This document shows, in pieces, positions 25,143 through 36,399 of a stretch of 64,000 bases of DNA. The stretch is from an uncultured Candidatus Altimarinota bacterium (GTDB lineage Bacteria; Patescibacteriota; Gracilibacteria; BD1-5; UBA6164). Positions within the stretch are counted from its first letter, which is position 1. Each line of letters starts with the position of its first letter. The notes under the pieces are model-generated. The model saw only the letters and a program-made list of their open reading frames with translations. It searched no databases and was not told the DNA's origin. The DNA lies in NCBI GenBank assembly GCA_913055215.1, contig CAJXJP010000001.1, forward strand, positions 798 through 64,797. The letters run 5' to 3'. The translations under genes were made by a program, and so were the position numbers.

Positions 25143-25679
25143 CTATTTACCAGTTTTACCAGCTTTTCTTCTAATATGTTCTCCAACATATTTGATCCCT
25201 TTACCTTTATATGGTTCAGGTTTTTTCTTAGCTCTGATTTTTGCAGCAAATTCACCTACTAGTTGTTTATCAGTCCCAGTAATATGAATTGTATTTTTAA
25301 GCTTTTCATCAGCAGCAACTTTTAATCCAGCTGGTACTTCCATATCAACTTTGTGAGAGAAACCAACGCTTAGTACTAATTTTTGTCCTTGGACTTCAAA
25401 TTTGTAACCAACACCATTAATTTCTAAACTTTTTTTGTATCCTTCAGTAACCCCAACAACCATATTATTAATAATAGCTCTTGTTGTTCCCCATAATGCT
25501 TTTGCATCATCATTTAAAGGTTTTACAGTAATTTGATTTTCTTCTTTAATTACTTCTACATTTGAAGCATGAGTAAAAGATAATTCCCCTAAAGGACCTT
25601 TTACTTTAATTTCTCCATTAGATAAAGTAGCTTCTACTTTATCTGATAATGCAACAGGTAATTTACCAATTCTTGACAT
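25143..25679 (-). CDS. rplF: 50S ribosomal protein L6
   Basis: Intact 178-aa ORF with typical L6 sequence; operon position. Confidence 0.95.
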   Translation of the reverse strand: MSRIGKLPVALSDKVEATLSNGEIKVKGPLGELSFTHASNVEVIKEENQITVKPLNDDAKALWGTTRAIINNMVVGVTEGYKKSLEINGVGYKFEVQGQKLVLSVGFSHKVDMEVPAGLKVAADEKLKNTIHITGTDKQLVGEFAAKIRAKKKPEPYKGKGIKYVGEHIRRKAGKTGK

Positions 25680-25753
25680 TATTGATTGTATTAAAATATA
25701 AACTGGATAAATAACATTAAGTTATTTCTCATTTATAATAGACAGAAAGTATA

Positions 25754-26149
25754 TTAATATACTTCACAAAGTAATTCACCACCAACATTTAAACTTCTAG
25801 CTTCGTAACCTGTAACAACACCTTTTGGAGTAGATACAACGTAGATCCCGTGTCCGTTTCTAGATTTTTTAATATCTTTTGCAGCAACATAGATTCTTTG
25901 TCCTGGTTTACTAATTCTTTTTAAAGTAGGAATGTATTTAGTAACTCTTACATTGTTCAGAGTAATTAATATAGATTTTTTGTTATTATCTTCAGAAGTA
26001 ATTTCAAAATCACTTAAGTATTTATTTTTCTTAAGAATTTTTAGAATATCTGCTCTTATTTTAGAATGTGGAACTTTTACTTCTACAATTCTAGCTAAGT
26101 ATGCATTTCTAATTCTTGTTAATAAATCTCCGATTGGATCTATTATCAT
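25754..26149 (-). CDS. rpsH: 30S ribosomal protein S8
   Basis: Intact 131-aa ORF: MIIDPIGDLLTRIRNA... Confidence 0.95.
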   Translation of the reverse strand: MIIDPIGDLLTRIRNAYLARIVEVKVPHSKIRADILKILKKNKYLSDFEITSEDNNKKSILITLNNVRVTKYIPTLKRISKPGQRIYVAAKDIKKSRNGHGIYVVSTPKGVVTGYEARSLNVGGELLCEVY

Positions 26150-26194
26150 AACAATAAAATTAATAATTAAATCTAATTTTTGACCTTGTTGATA

Positions 26195-26419
26195 TTACCA
26201 ACTTGATTTTCTTACACCTGGCAGTTCACCAGCGTTTGCTTTTTCTCTAAAACAAATTCTACAAATATCAAATTTACCAAGGTAACCTCTAGTTCTACCA
26301 CAAATACTACAGTTATTGAAAACTTTAGTAGCATTTTTTGGTTTTCTACCATCAGCTATCGCTTGAATAAATTTCTTTTTTAATTTATTTGCTTTAGCAA
26401 TTTTTGACTTTCTAGCCAT
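26195..26419 (-). CDS. rpsN: 30S ribosomal protein S14, zinc-ribbon (CxxC...CxxC) form
   Basis: 74 aa, [23 protein letters not shown]...W; operon position. Confidence 0.9.
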   Translation of the reverse strand: MARKSKIAKANKLKKKFIQAIADGRKPKNATKVFNNCSICGRTRGYLGKFDICRICFREKANAGELPGVRKSSW

Positions 26420-26445
26420 CTTTATATTGTTTATAAAGTAAATAA

Positions 26446-26982
26446 TTATTTAGAGAAAGGGAATCCCATTTGTGTTAGTAATTCTCTTCCAGCTTCTTTT
26501 GATTTAGCAGTAGTTTTTACTGTAATTTGAAGACCGTGTGATTTAACTACATCATCTTGTGGCACTTCTAAGAAGATTGTGTGTTCTTTGATACCGAAGT
26601 TGTAGTTTCCTTCTTTATCAAAACCATTTTTATTTACCCCTCTAAAGTCTCTTACTCTAGGTAAAACTACATGTACTAATTTATCTAAGAAATTGTACAT
26701 TTTATCACCTCTTAGGGTAACAGTTAAACCTACAGGCATACCAGCTCTTAACTTAAAGTTAGAAACCGCTTTTTTAGCGTATCTAACTGTACAAGCTTGA
26801 CCAGCAATTGCTGATAAGTGGTTTTGAATAGCAGAATAATCTTTATTTCCATTTCTAATGAAAGTACCGATCCCCATATTTAAAACTACTTTTTCAACTT
26901 TTGGAACATCCATAACGTTTGAAATTTCAAGCTTTTCTTTTAAAGCAGGAATGATTTCGTTAATATATTTTTCCTTAAGCAT
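26446..26982 (-). CDS. rplE: 50S ribosomal protein L5
   Basis: Intact 178-aa ORF with typical L5 sequence. Confidence 0.95.
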   Translation of the reverse strand: MLKEKYINEIIPALKEKLEISNVMDVPKVEKVVLNMGIGTFIRNGNKDYSAIQNHLSAIAGQACTVRYAKKAVSNFKLRAGMPVGLTVTLRGDKMYNFLDKLVHVVLPRVRDFRGVNKNGFDKEGNYNFGIKEHTIFLEVPQDDVVKSHGLQITVKTTAKSKEAGRELLTQMGFPFSK

Positions 26983-27013
26983 TTTGTTAAGTCTTATAAA
27001 AATAAACAGCTAT

Positions 27014-27364
27014 TTATTTTATGATAAATTTTGAAGGTTCACCACCTTTTTCAGAAACAGCAGCTTTAGAATATCTGAATTTTTTTGAAATCCCTTTTTC
27101 TTCTACAACTGTATAACCAACTCTAGTTGGTTTTTCTGTATATGGACAAACTAACATAACGTTTGAAGCATCAATTGCTTTTTCCATTTTGATAATTTGA
27201 CCTGGTTGAGTACCTTGTTTTTTAATATGTCTAGTTACAACATTAATATCTTTAACTAGAACTTTATTTTCTCTAGGAAATGCTTTAATAACTTCAGCAA
27301 CTTGTCCTCTATCTTTAGATTTCCCAGACATAACTTGTACTTTATCTCAAGTTCTTATTTTCAT
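27014..27364 (-). CDS. rplX: 50S ribosomal protein L24
   Basis: MKIRTGDKVQVMSGKSKDRGQ..., with the Gly of RTGD encoded by TGA. Confidence 0.93.
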
Positions 27365-27384
27365 ATTGTAATTATTAATAATAA

Positions 27385-27753
27385 TTATAAAACTTCTGGA
27401 GCTAGACTCACGATTTTTTGGTATCCTTTAGCTCTAAGTTCTCTAGCAACAGGTCCAAAGATACGAGTACCTCTTGGATTACCATCATCTCCAATAATAA
27501 CGCAAGCGTTATCATCAAATCTAACATATGAACCGTCTTTTCTTCTAACTTCTTTAGCAGTTCTTACTACAACAGCTTTAACTACTTTTTTCTTTTTAAC
27601 ATTTCCATCTGGAGCAGCTTTCTTTACTGTACATACAATAACATCTCAAATTGAAGCATATCTTCTTTTTGATCCGCCAAGTACTTTAATACATAATACT
27701 TCTTTTGCTCAAGAGTTGTCAGCAACAGCTAATCTTGATTCAGTTTGTATCAT
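27385..27753 (-). CDS. rplN: 50S ribosomal protein L14
   Basis: [40 protein letters not shown]...; the plus-strand 165-aa ORF here is antisense noise. Confidence 0.93.
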
Positions 27754-27778
27754 AGTAATACGAATTTTAAATTTTAAA

Positions 27779-28009
27779 TTAACTTACTTGTTCAACTAAT
27801 GCCCATCTTTTTAATTTAGATGAAGGTTTAGTTTCTTTGATTGTTACGATATCACCTTCTGAACAAACATTGTTTTCATCATGTGCATAAAATTTAGTCG
27901 TTACTCTGTATCTTTTCTTATACTTAGCATGACTTTTATATGAATGTACTGAAACTACAATAGTTTTGTCCATTTTGGCGCTAGTAACTACACCTTTCTT
28001 TGTTCTCAT
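27779..28009 (-). CDS. rpsQ: 30S ribosomal protein S17
   Basis: Intact 76-aa ORF; operon position. Confidence 0.93.
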   Translation of the reverse strand: MRTKKGVVTSAKMDKTIVVSVHSYKSHAKYKKRYRVTTKFYAHDENNVCSEGDIVTIKETKPSSKLKRWALVEQVS

Positions 28010-28034
28010 AACTATATTTTTTATTTAAAAATAA

Positions 28035-28259
28035 TTAACCAACATTAAAACCTTTTGTATTTGCAACTGTTTTGATTTGAGCTACATATCTTCTCAAAGC
28101 TTTAATTAGGTGAGATTGTTTTAATTCTCCTAATTCTAATTTCATTGTTAAAGTATATAGGTTTTTAGAAGCAGAAACTAGTTCAGCTTTTAAAGTTTTT
28201 TCATCCATATCTTTAAGTTTTGAAATTTCTTGTAATTTTAAATCTTTTAATTCTTTCAT
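28035..28259 (-). CDS. rpmC: 50S ribosomal protein L29
   Basis: I prefer ATG 28259 (MKELKDLK...) to the TTG at 28277 used by the ORF track, because the TTG would overlap the rplP stop. Confidence 0.88.
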   Translation of the reverse strand: MKELKDLKLQEISKLKDMDEKTLKAELVSASKNLYTLTMKLELGELKQSHLIKALRRYVAQIKTVANTKGFNVG

Positions 28260-28269
28260 TGTGAAATTA

Positions 28270-28674
28270 TTAGTCAACTAATATTTTAGTTTTTACTGGT
28301 AATTTGTAAGAAGCAAGCCTAAAAGCTTCCCTAGCAATTTCTGGTTCAACTCATGTTATTTCAAATAACACTCTACCAGGTTTTACAGGGGCTCTATACA
28401 TGTCAACAGATCATTTACCTCAACCCATAGGTACTTCTAGGGGTTTTTTTGTATACGCTTTGTCAGGGAAAATTCTAATCCAGATTTTTCCTCATCTTTT
28501 AATATATCTAACCATAGCTCTTCTAGCAGATTCGATTTGTCTAGAAGTTATGAATCCTCTAGTAGTTGCTTTAATAGCATAATCACCAAAAGCAATACTT
28601 GAACCTCTAACCGCTTTTCATTTTAATCTTCCTCTATGCGTTTTTCTATATTTTGTTCTCTTCGGTTGTAACAT
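28270..28674 (-). CDS. rplP: 50S ribosomal protein L16
   Basis: [24 protein letters not shown]..., with several TGA=Gly. Confidence 0.93.
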
Positions 28675-28719
28675 TTTTTAGTACATTAAGTATATAAAAA
28701 ATCGATATTTGTCAAGTTT

Positions 28720-29352
28720 TTATTTCTTATAAATATTTCATTTATAGATCCAAACTTTTAACCCGATTGTACCGTAAACAGTTTCTGCTCTTACAGTAGC
28801 ATAATCAATATCAGATCTAATTGTTTGAGTTGGGATGTTTCCATCTTTGAAAGTTTCTTTTCTGGCAATTTCTGCACCGTTAAGTCTTCCACCAACTTTA
28901 ATTTTAATACCTTTTGCTCATTTTTCCATAGCTTTTTGAATAGCTTGTTTAACAGCTCTTTTATAAGGCATTCTTTTTTCAATTTGATTTGCAACGTTGA
29001 AACCAACAATTTTTGCATTTAGGTCAGGTTTTTTAACATCTCTAACTTCAACAACTACTTTAGTTCCTAGTTTTCTAGTAAGTAATGTTTCTAGTCTTTC
29101 TTTGTTTTCTCCAGTTTTACCTAGTACAAGTGAAGATTTTGCAGTATATACAACTACATCAACTACATCTTGATTTTTTGCAACTAAGATATCACCAAGA
29201 GGGATACCAGTTAGTTCTTTATTTAAGATTTCTCTAGCTTTTACATCAAGTGCAAGGAACCCTTTATAACCTTTTGAATCTGCATACCATGCTGATTTCC
29301 AAGTTTTAATATATGGGATTCTAAAAGCTATCGGATTTACTTTATGTCACAT
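28720..29352 (-). CDS. rpsC: 30S ribosomal protein S3
   Basis: Starts ATG-TGA-CAT ([11 protein letters not shown]...), so the second codon is TGA (29347-29349). KH-like core, then ...[15 protein letters not shown]. Confidence 0.93.
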
Positions 29353-29404
29353 AAATTTAATTTAATTAATTATAATAATTCTGTCTATACATCAGTACGG
29401 ATAA

Positions 29405-29731
29405 TTATTTTACTTGTAACTCTAATCTAATATTCGAAGTTCTTTTTAAGATAGGATGCATTCTCCCTCTTGAAACTGGGTTACCTCTTTTATAAACAAT
29501 ACCTTTATTAATAATAAGTGTATCGATATATAAATCAGCAGAATTTTGATTATCGTTGTTTTCAGCATTTTTAACTGCTGAGTGTAATACTTTGTAAAGA
29601 ATATCAGCTCCTTTTTTCGGTGCGAATTTTAAGAATTGTAATGCTTCAATAGCATTTTGTCCTCTTATAACTTCAGCAACTACTCTTAATTTTTTAGGAG
29701 AGATTCTGATATTTTTAGCGTATGCTTTCAT
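29405..29731 (-). CDS. rplV: 50S ribosomal protein L22
   Basis: Intact 108-aa ORF; operon position. Confidence 0.93.
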   Translation of the reverse strand: MKAYAKNIRISPKKLRVVAEVIRGQNAIEALQFLKFAPKKGADILYKVLHSAVKNAENNDNQNSADLYIDTLIINKGIVYKRGNPVSRGRMHPILKRTSNIRLELQVK

Positions 29732-29813
29732 AACTCTATTGGCTAATAATAAATAAATTATTTTTTCCCGATCTTTCAGGGTTGGTTAGATAAATCTAAC
29801 ACGTGGGCCTTTA

Positions 29814-30080
29814 TTATTTTTTGTTTCCAGCATGACCTCTGAAAGTTCTCGTCATTGAGAATTCTCCAAGTTTGTGTCATACCATATCTTCAGTACAAAA
29901 AACTGGTGTATGAGCTTTACCATTGTGAACTCCAAAAGTGTGTCCAACAAATTCTGGAAGAACAGTACATGCTCTTGACCAAGTTTTGATAACACCTTTT
30001 TTTCCTGATTCATTCATAACTACAACTTTTTTTAGTAGTCTTTCATCAATGTAAGGTCATTTTTTTAAACTTCTTGTCAT
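29814..30080 (-). CDS. rpsS: 30S ribosomal protein S19
   Basis: [19 protein letters not shown]...[10 protein letters not shown]...[16 protein letters not shown]. Confidence 0.93.
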
Positions 30081-30110
30081 AATACTCTTTTATAAAAGTT
30101 AATTGTATAA

Positions 30111-30956
30111 TTAAACCATAAGTTTACCTTTTCTAGTTTTCAGAATCCATTTAGAAGTTGTTTTCTTTCTGCTTCTAGTTTTAGCACCAAGCGCAGGTTT
30201 ACCCCATGGAGTTTTCGGAGCTTTCATCCCAATAGGAGAACGTCCTTCACCACCACCATGTGGATGATCTACAGGGTTCATAGCCTTACCTCTAACAGTA
30301 GGTCTTTTACCCATCCATCTAGATCTACCAGCTTTCCCGATTACAACTTGGTTGTGATCTGGGTTTGAAACTTGTCCTAGAGTTGCATAACAACTTTTGT
30401 GAACTAATCTAACTTCTCCTGAAGGTAGTTTAACTTGAGTATATTCACCTTCTTGTGAAACAATTGTTGCATAAGCACCAGCTGATCTAACAGATGAAGC
30501 CCCTTGTCCAACAATTAATTCTACGTTATAAACTTGAAGTCCAGTAGGAATGTTTGAAATTAACATTCTGTTACCAGATTCTAATGGAGTTTTTTCATCA
30601 GTTACGATAACGTCACCAACAGTCATGTTTTTGTGAGCGATAACATATCTTCTTTCACCATCTTTATAACATACAAGAGCGATAAATGCTGATCTATATG
30701 GATCATATTCGATCGTTTCTACTCTTGCCTCAATACCTTTTTTATCAACTTGATAGAAATCAACTAATCTATATTTTTTTGCGTGTCATCCACCTTGATG
30801 TCTAATAGTTAGTCTCCCAGTATTATTTCTCCCAGCATGTTTATTCAACTTTACTGTGAGAGGTTTGTATGGAGTTGATGTTGTTACTTCTTCATAAGTA
30901 TTAACAGACATCCCTCTTCTACCATTAGTTGTAGGTTTAAATTTCTTAATTCCCAC
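30111..30956 (-). CDS. rplB: 50S ribosomal protein L2
   Basis: GTG start. ...[21 protein letters not shown]..., with the third Gly encoded by TGA at 30786-30788. [10 protein letters not shown] lies in the C-terminal part. Confidence 0.95.
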
Positions 30957-30980
30957 TTTTTCTATAATTAGAAACTAAAA

Positions 30981-31277
30981 TTATTTTATAATTGTGAAAT
31001 CGATTACTGCTTGTTTATCTCTTAGAGTAACGTAAGCTTTTTTAGTAGATCTTTTTCTAATTTGCATAGCTCTTTTTTTCCCGTGTTTAAATTTTTCTCT
31101 TGTATTTAACACGTTAACAGATGCAACTTCTACTCCATATAATTCTTGAGTAGCTTTTTTAATATCAATTTTAGTAGCGCTTGCGTCAACTATGAATACA
31201 TAAGTGTTGTTTAACATTTGTGCATTAGTAGTTTTTTCAGTCGTTACTGGTTTTTTTAAAATTCTAAACAATCTCAT
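30981..31277 (-). CDS. rplW: 50S ribosomal protein L23
   Basis: Intact 98-aa ORF; operon position. Confidence 0.92.
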   Translation of the reverse strand: MRLFRILKKPVTTEKTTNAQMLNNTYVFIVDASATKIDIKKATQELYGVEVASVNVLNTREKFKHGKKRAMQIRKRSTKKAYVTLRDKQAVIDFTIIK

Positions 31278-31296
31278 TTTAAAATATTTTAAGAAA

Positions 31297-31920
31297 TTAT
31301 TTTGTTAAGTTATTTAATTTATCCAAAGATCCTTTCATTAAAACAAGAGTTTTATATTTAAGTAAATCTTTAATATTTAAATAGTCAGCTAAAATTGTTT
31401 TTACACTTGGTAAATTAGCAGCTGATCTTTCAACATTTTGATTTTTAGCATCTAATGCTAAAAGAATGTTTTTTTCATATGGTAGAACTTTTAACATTTC
31501 AACCATATTTTTAGTTTTAGCTTCATCGAATGAAATATTATCAACGATAATTAGATCATTAGTAGCTAATTTTGAAGAAAGTGCGCAGAAAATTGCTTTT
31601 CTTCTTTCTTTTTTATTCATAGAAAGTGTAAAGTTCACTGTGTTTCTTGGACCAAAAGCCACTCAACCTTTTTTTCTGATTGGTGATCTATTTGAACCCA
31701 TTCTAGCTCTACCTGTACCTTTTTGTCTATAAATTTTTCTTGTTGAACCTCTTCTTTCACCTCTAGTTTTTGTATGAGCAACAACTTGTCTGTTATTAGC
31801 TAATTGGTAAACTAAAGCTCTGTGAATAAGTCCTTCATTTACTTCTAATCAAAAGATTGCTTCATTCAGTTCAACAGAACCTACTTCTGAACCTTTTTGA
31901 TCAAATAATTTAGTATTCAT
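31297..31920 (-). CDS. rplD: 50S ribosomal protein L4
   Basis: [20 protein letters not shown]...[23 protein letters not shown]... Confidence 0.93.
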
Positions 31921-31939
31921 CTAACTTGATATTTATCAA

Positions 31940-32536
31940 TTAAAAAATTAGGTTTACGTAAGAGTTTCTTCCTCCCGGAACACCTCCTCTTACTCATACA
32001 ACTGACATTTCAGTATTAATAAGTTCAACTGGAACTTTTTTAATAGTTACTTTAATATCACCATGATGCCCATGCATTTTTTTCCCTTTGTGAGTTCTAG
32101 TTGGTTTTCTATTACCAATAGACCCTAATGCTCTATGGAATTTTGAACCATGAGTAGCAGGACCCCCGTGGAAATTATGTTTTTTCATCGCACCAGTGAA
32201 CCCTTTCCCTTTTGAGAAACCTTCTACTGATACTTTAACACCTTCTAATACATCGATAGAAACATCGTCTCCAACGTTGTATTTAGCTGAATCTCCTTCA
32301 TTTATTGGAAATTCTACGATTTTAGCAAAAGAACTTTTATTCAAAGTTGTTTTTCATTCAGCCAATTCAGTTTCAGTCTTTACAACCCCCACTATCATAG
32401 CTTCATAACCGTCTTTTTCGATAGTCTTAAAACCTACCACTTTTAAAGCTGGAACCTTAAGAAGAGTAACAGGAATGAATTTATCATCCTTAACCACTCT
32501 TGTCATTTCCAGTTTCGTAGCAATAATTCATGCCAT
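31940..32536 (-). CDS. rplC: 50S ribosomal protein L3
   Basis: MAGIIATKLEMTRV..., with the third codon TGA. ...FKGKGFTGAMKKHNFHGGPATHGS...VRGGVPGGRNSYVNLIF. Confidence 0.93.
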
Positions 32537-32650
32537 AACCAAAAATTGTGTTAGTAAATAAGCCAGAGGTTAAACTTTCCTTTATATATAAAGTAGTTTA
32601 ACTTAACCTCTTAATAAAAACTTTTCATAAATATGTGAAAAAGCCCCGGC

Positions 32651-32678
32651 ATTATATAAAATTCTTTTCATTTGTCAA
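32651..32678 (-). promoter_or_regulatory. Consensus sigma70-type promoter of the rplC operon (TTGACA-N16-TATAAT), followed by a GC-rich GCCGGGG discriminator
   Basis: On the minus strand: ttgaca aatgaaaagaatttta tataat gccgggg. About 110 nt upstream of the rplC ATG; the leader contains two hairpins. Confidence 0.65.
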
Positions 32679-32687
32679 AATAAAAAT

Positions 32688-32716
32688 AAAAATCTATCGA
32701 CACGATAGATTTTTAT
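32688..32716 (-). terminator. Terminator of the GGDEF gene (tctatcg/cgataga plus T run on the minus strand)
   Basis: Hairpin flanked by A/T runs immediately after the stop at 32725. Confidence 0.65.
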
Positions 32717-32724
32717 GTTTTTAT

Positions 32725-34656
32725 TTATTTTTTCTCTGAAATTGTATAAGTATTTCTTCCTTTATCTTTTGATTCATATAAAGCTAAATCTGCCTGTTGT
32801 GATAATTGGTCTCTTATATGTTTTTCTAACATTCCAGGATATTCTTTATTTCAAATATCAACCTTGTGGAACATAGCAATATCAGCGACATCTTCAACCA
32901 TAGCACTTGAGTCTGAATATTTTCTAAGAATCAAATCATTCAACACCTGACTAACATTAAACTGAGTGACTCAAATACTTACCGTTATATCATCCTTAAT
33001 AGCAATATTTTCTTCTTCTATAATTCTATTTACAGAAGGAGTTAAACAATCTTTAATAGCTGTATTGATTTTTTTACAAAACTTTTCAACATTTGATGAT
33101 CTTGCAATAATAGCAAATTCTTCTCAACCAATTCTATACACATCATCTCATCTTCTTTTTATATCATGTGTTCTTGTTTCGTTCAATAAAATATCTGAGA
33201 AAGATTTCAAAGCAACATCTCATACATGATGTCAGTAAGTATCATTAACTTTTTTAAAATGGTCAATATCCATAGTAAGTAAATATAAATCTTCTTCCGA
33301 TATTTCTTCGCTCGTAATTCATTGAATTCTTTGCTTCATATCATCTTTATATTTTTGTCTATTCGGTATTCCTGTTAATGTATCATAGTTGGCCTGTCTA
33401 TATAATCTTGCATTTACTACTTTTTGTAGTTGAGCACTCATATCAGAAACTCCACGAGCCATCCCAGCTGAGTAAGAATATCATTTATCAAGATTAAAAG
33501 TTGTTAATGCATGAACTAATTCTTGAGTTAGATATGCAATTTTATCATTTTCTTCCTTTGAGGCATGATTTATTGAAGAATAATTTCTTAACAAATAGAA
33601 GACTTCAACAATAACCAAGTCAATCAATTCACTTTCAGACATTACAAGATCAATATAATCTTGTATAGTCTCTGCTGGTCCCATTACTTTATTATATCCA
33701 AGCTTATTTGAATAACTATTGAGAATATACGCTAACGATTCCTTTTCTTCTTTTAATTCTAGAGGAGTAATTCCATCTAAATCATTATATCTTGTATAAT
33801 AAGATAAATCTAGGTGTAATTTTGCATTCACAAAATCAAAATTTTCTCTTAAACTATTTTTATGTAAATCATCTTCATTTAATACAAGTTCAGATGATAT
33901 CAATTTTTTTTCTTTTTCAATAAAATCATATGCCCCTTCTATTTTATCGCGCGTATCGTCAATTATTGATCTTAACTCATTAATATTGTCTACATTTGTT
34001 AAATTCTTTAAATGTAGGAAATTTAATGTAAATCTTGCAGCTTTAAATTTAATTTTTTTATTGTATAGTTCTATTTCTTTTATATAAGAATCATCAACAA
34101 AAAGTTCTTCAAGATCAGTGAGTGTATTTGTGATATTTCATAAAACGACTTCTGAGACTTTTGTAACGAGATTATCAATTTTTGATAAATCTTTTTGATT
34201 AATTGAACATACAAATAGTAGTGTTGAATAAATTCTTAATATATCTAATGTTTGTTCTAATATAATTCAGATATCAGATATTCTCTGTAATGATCACAGT
34301 CTTGTTCATACAGATTCAACGAAAGAATCAAATAACTTATCTAAAAAATCAACATTAGTTTCTAATATAAGTTTTTTGAAAAATTGTTCTTTGTTGTCTA
34401 CAAATTTTGAAATTCAATAATCTAACAATAAGTCATAAATTCCTTGAATTGATGCTTTGTTATGATTATTCTTAAATACATTGTTTAAAATTTCACCAGT
34501 CACATCAAAATTCTCTGCATCTAATACAGAATCAACCTTATCTACAATAATGTTTTGTTCCGTGTCAAGACTTTCTCCTCATGACAAAACAGCCCCTACT
34601 TTATCAGTAGAAGCTGGAGTATGTCCTGTAATTAAGTGAGGAGATCTGCGAACCAT
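32725..34656 (-). CDS. GGDEF-domain diguanylate cyclase with a roughly 440-aa N-terminal region of unknown function, 643 aa
   Basis: C-terminal domain: DTLTGIPNR, DIDHFKKVNDTYGHHVGD, RRGD (I-site-like), YRIGGEEFAII (second Gly encoded by TGA at 33124-33126), ADLALYESKDKGRNTY. Confidence 0.85.
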
Positions 34657-34750
34657 ACCTATTATTATATAATAATTTCATATAAATATAAGGGTATTCC
34701 AATTTTTATCAACACTTAATTCATTGACAACCTTTTTTTTTATGTTGTAA

Positions 34751-34999
34751 CTAACTATCTAAGAGTCTAGTTACTTTATTTCATGTAACCTTCATGCTTT
34801 CTCTAACTTGTTTATGAGATTGTCTATTTGACGTAGGAAAATCTAATACATTATTAACTTTTCACATAGTGTCTCCTTTTACGAAACTAACTTTAAATTT
34901 AGCTTCTGAACTAATTCATAAACCTTTTTGTAACTCACGAAGATTTGAGTGAGAATCAGATTCTCGAGTTTGTATTTGTTGTGTATTTACCATAGGCAT
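34751..34999 (-). CDS. Small hypothetical protein, 82 aa
   Basis: ATG 34999 to TAG 34751 with three in-frame TGA. I recognised no homology; it lies upstream of the GGDEF gene on the same strand. Confidence 0.35.
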
Positions 35000-35152
35000 A
35001 ACAGTTAAAAGTAAAATACATTATCAGGTTACTACATATATTTTTTTCTGTCAAAAATATGGTTATATATTTCATACTTTTTTTCACCAACATAAATTTA
35101 ATATCGAAATTATATTTTTTTTAGCTTAAATTTTCCTTAAAGCATTCTAAAA

Positions 35153-35180
35153 TTGACTCAACTGATAAAACTCATATAAT
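35153..35180 (+). promoter_or_regulatory. Consensus promoter upstream of pheS (TTGACT-N16-TATAAT)
   Basis: ttgact caactgataaaactca tataat, ending 34 nt upstream of the ATG. Confidence 0.6.
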
Positions 35181-35213
35181 ACGCAAAAATTAAATTATTA
35201 AAGCAATTAAACG

Positions 35214-36281
<1,068 letters not shown>

Positions 36282-36288
36282 TAAGAAA

Positions 36289-36320
36289 TAAAAAAATGAC
36301 TTTTAAAAGTCATTTTTTTA
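36289..36320 (+). terminator. Terminator (aaaaaatgactttt / aaaagtcatttttt)
   Basis: Perfect 14-nt inverted repeat after the pheS stop. Confidence 0.7.
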
Positions 36321-36399
36321 TTTCTTATTTTTTTTATTTTTTTCTTGATAATAGACTACTTAAGACTATAGTTATTAAAATTATTTTTTAAGTATAAAT

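Noticed and set aside
27302-27799. 165-aa plus-strand ORF
   Set aside because: It lies antisense to rplX/rplN, has low-complexity Ser/Leu/Phe-rich composition and no homology. The minus strand encodes clear L14 and L24.
28259-28277. Longer L29 start (TTG at 28277) used in the ORF track
   Set aside because: It would overlap the rplP stop and add a non-conserved MTNNFT extension. ATG 28259 gives the usual L29 N-terminus. The call remains uncertain.
17664-33126. TGA=Trp (Mycoplasma/Spiroplasma-type code 4) as an alternative reassignment
   Set aside because: The TGA positions I could align (Walker A GKT, L2 GGGH, GGEEF, SerRS GDLG, L18 DRGG, GatA GTDTGG) are strictly glycine in orthologues. TGG is still used for conserved Trp.
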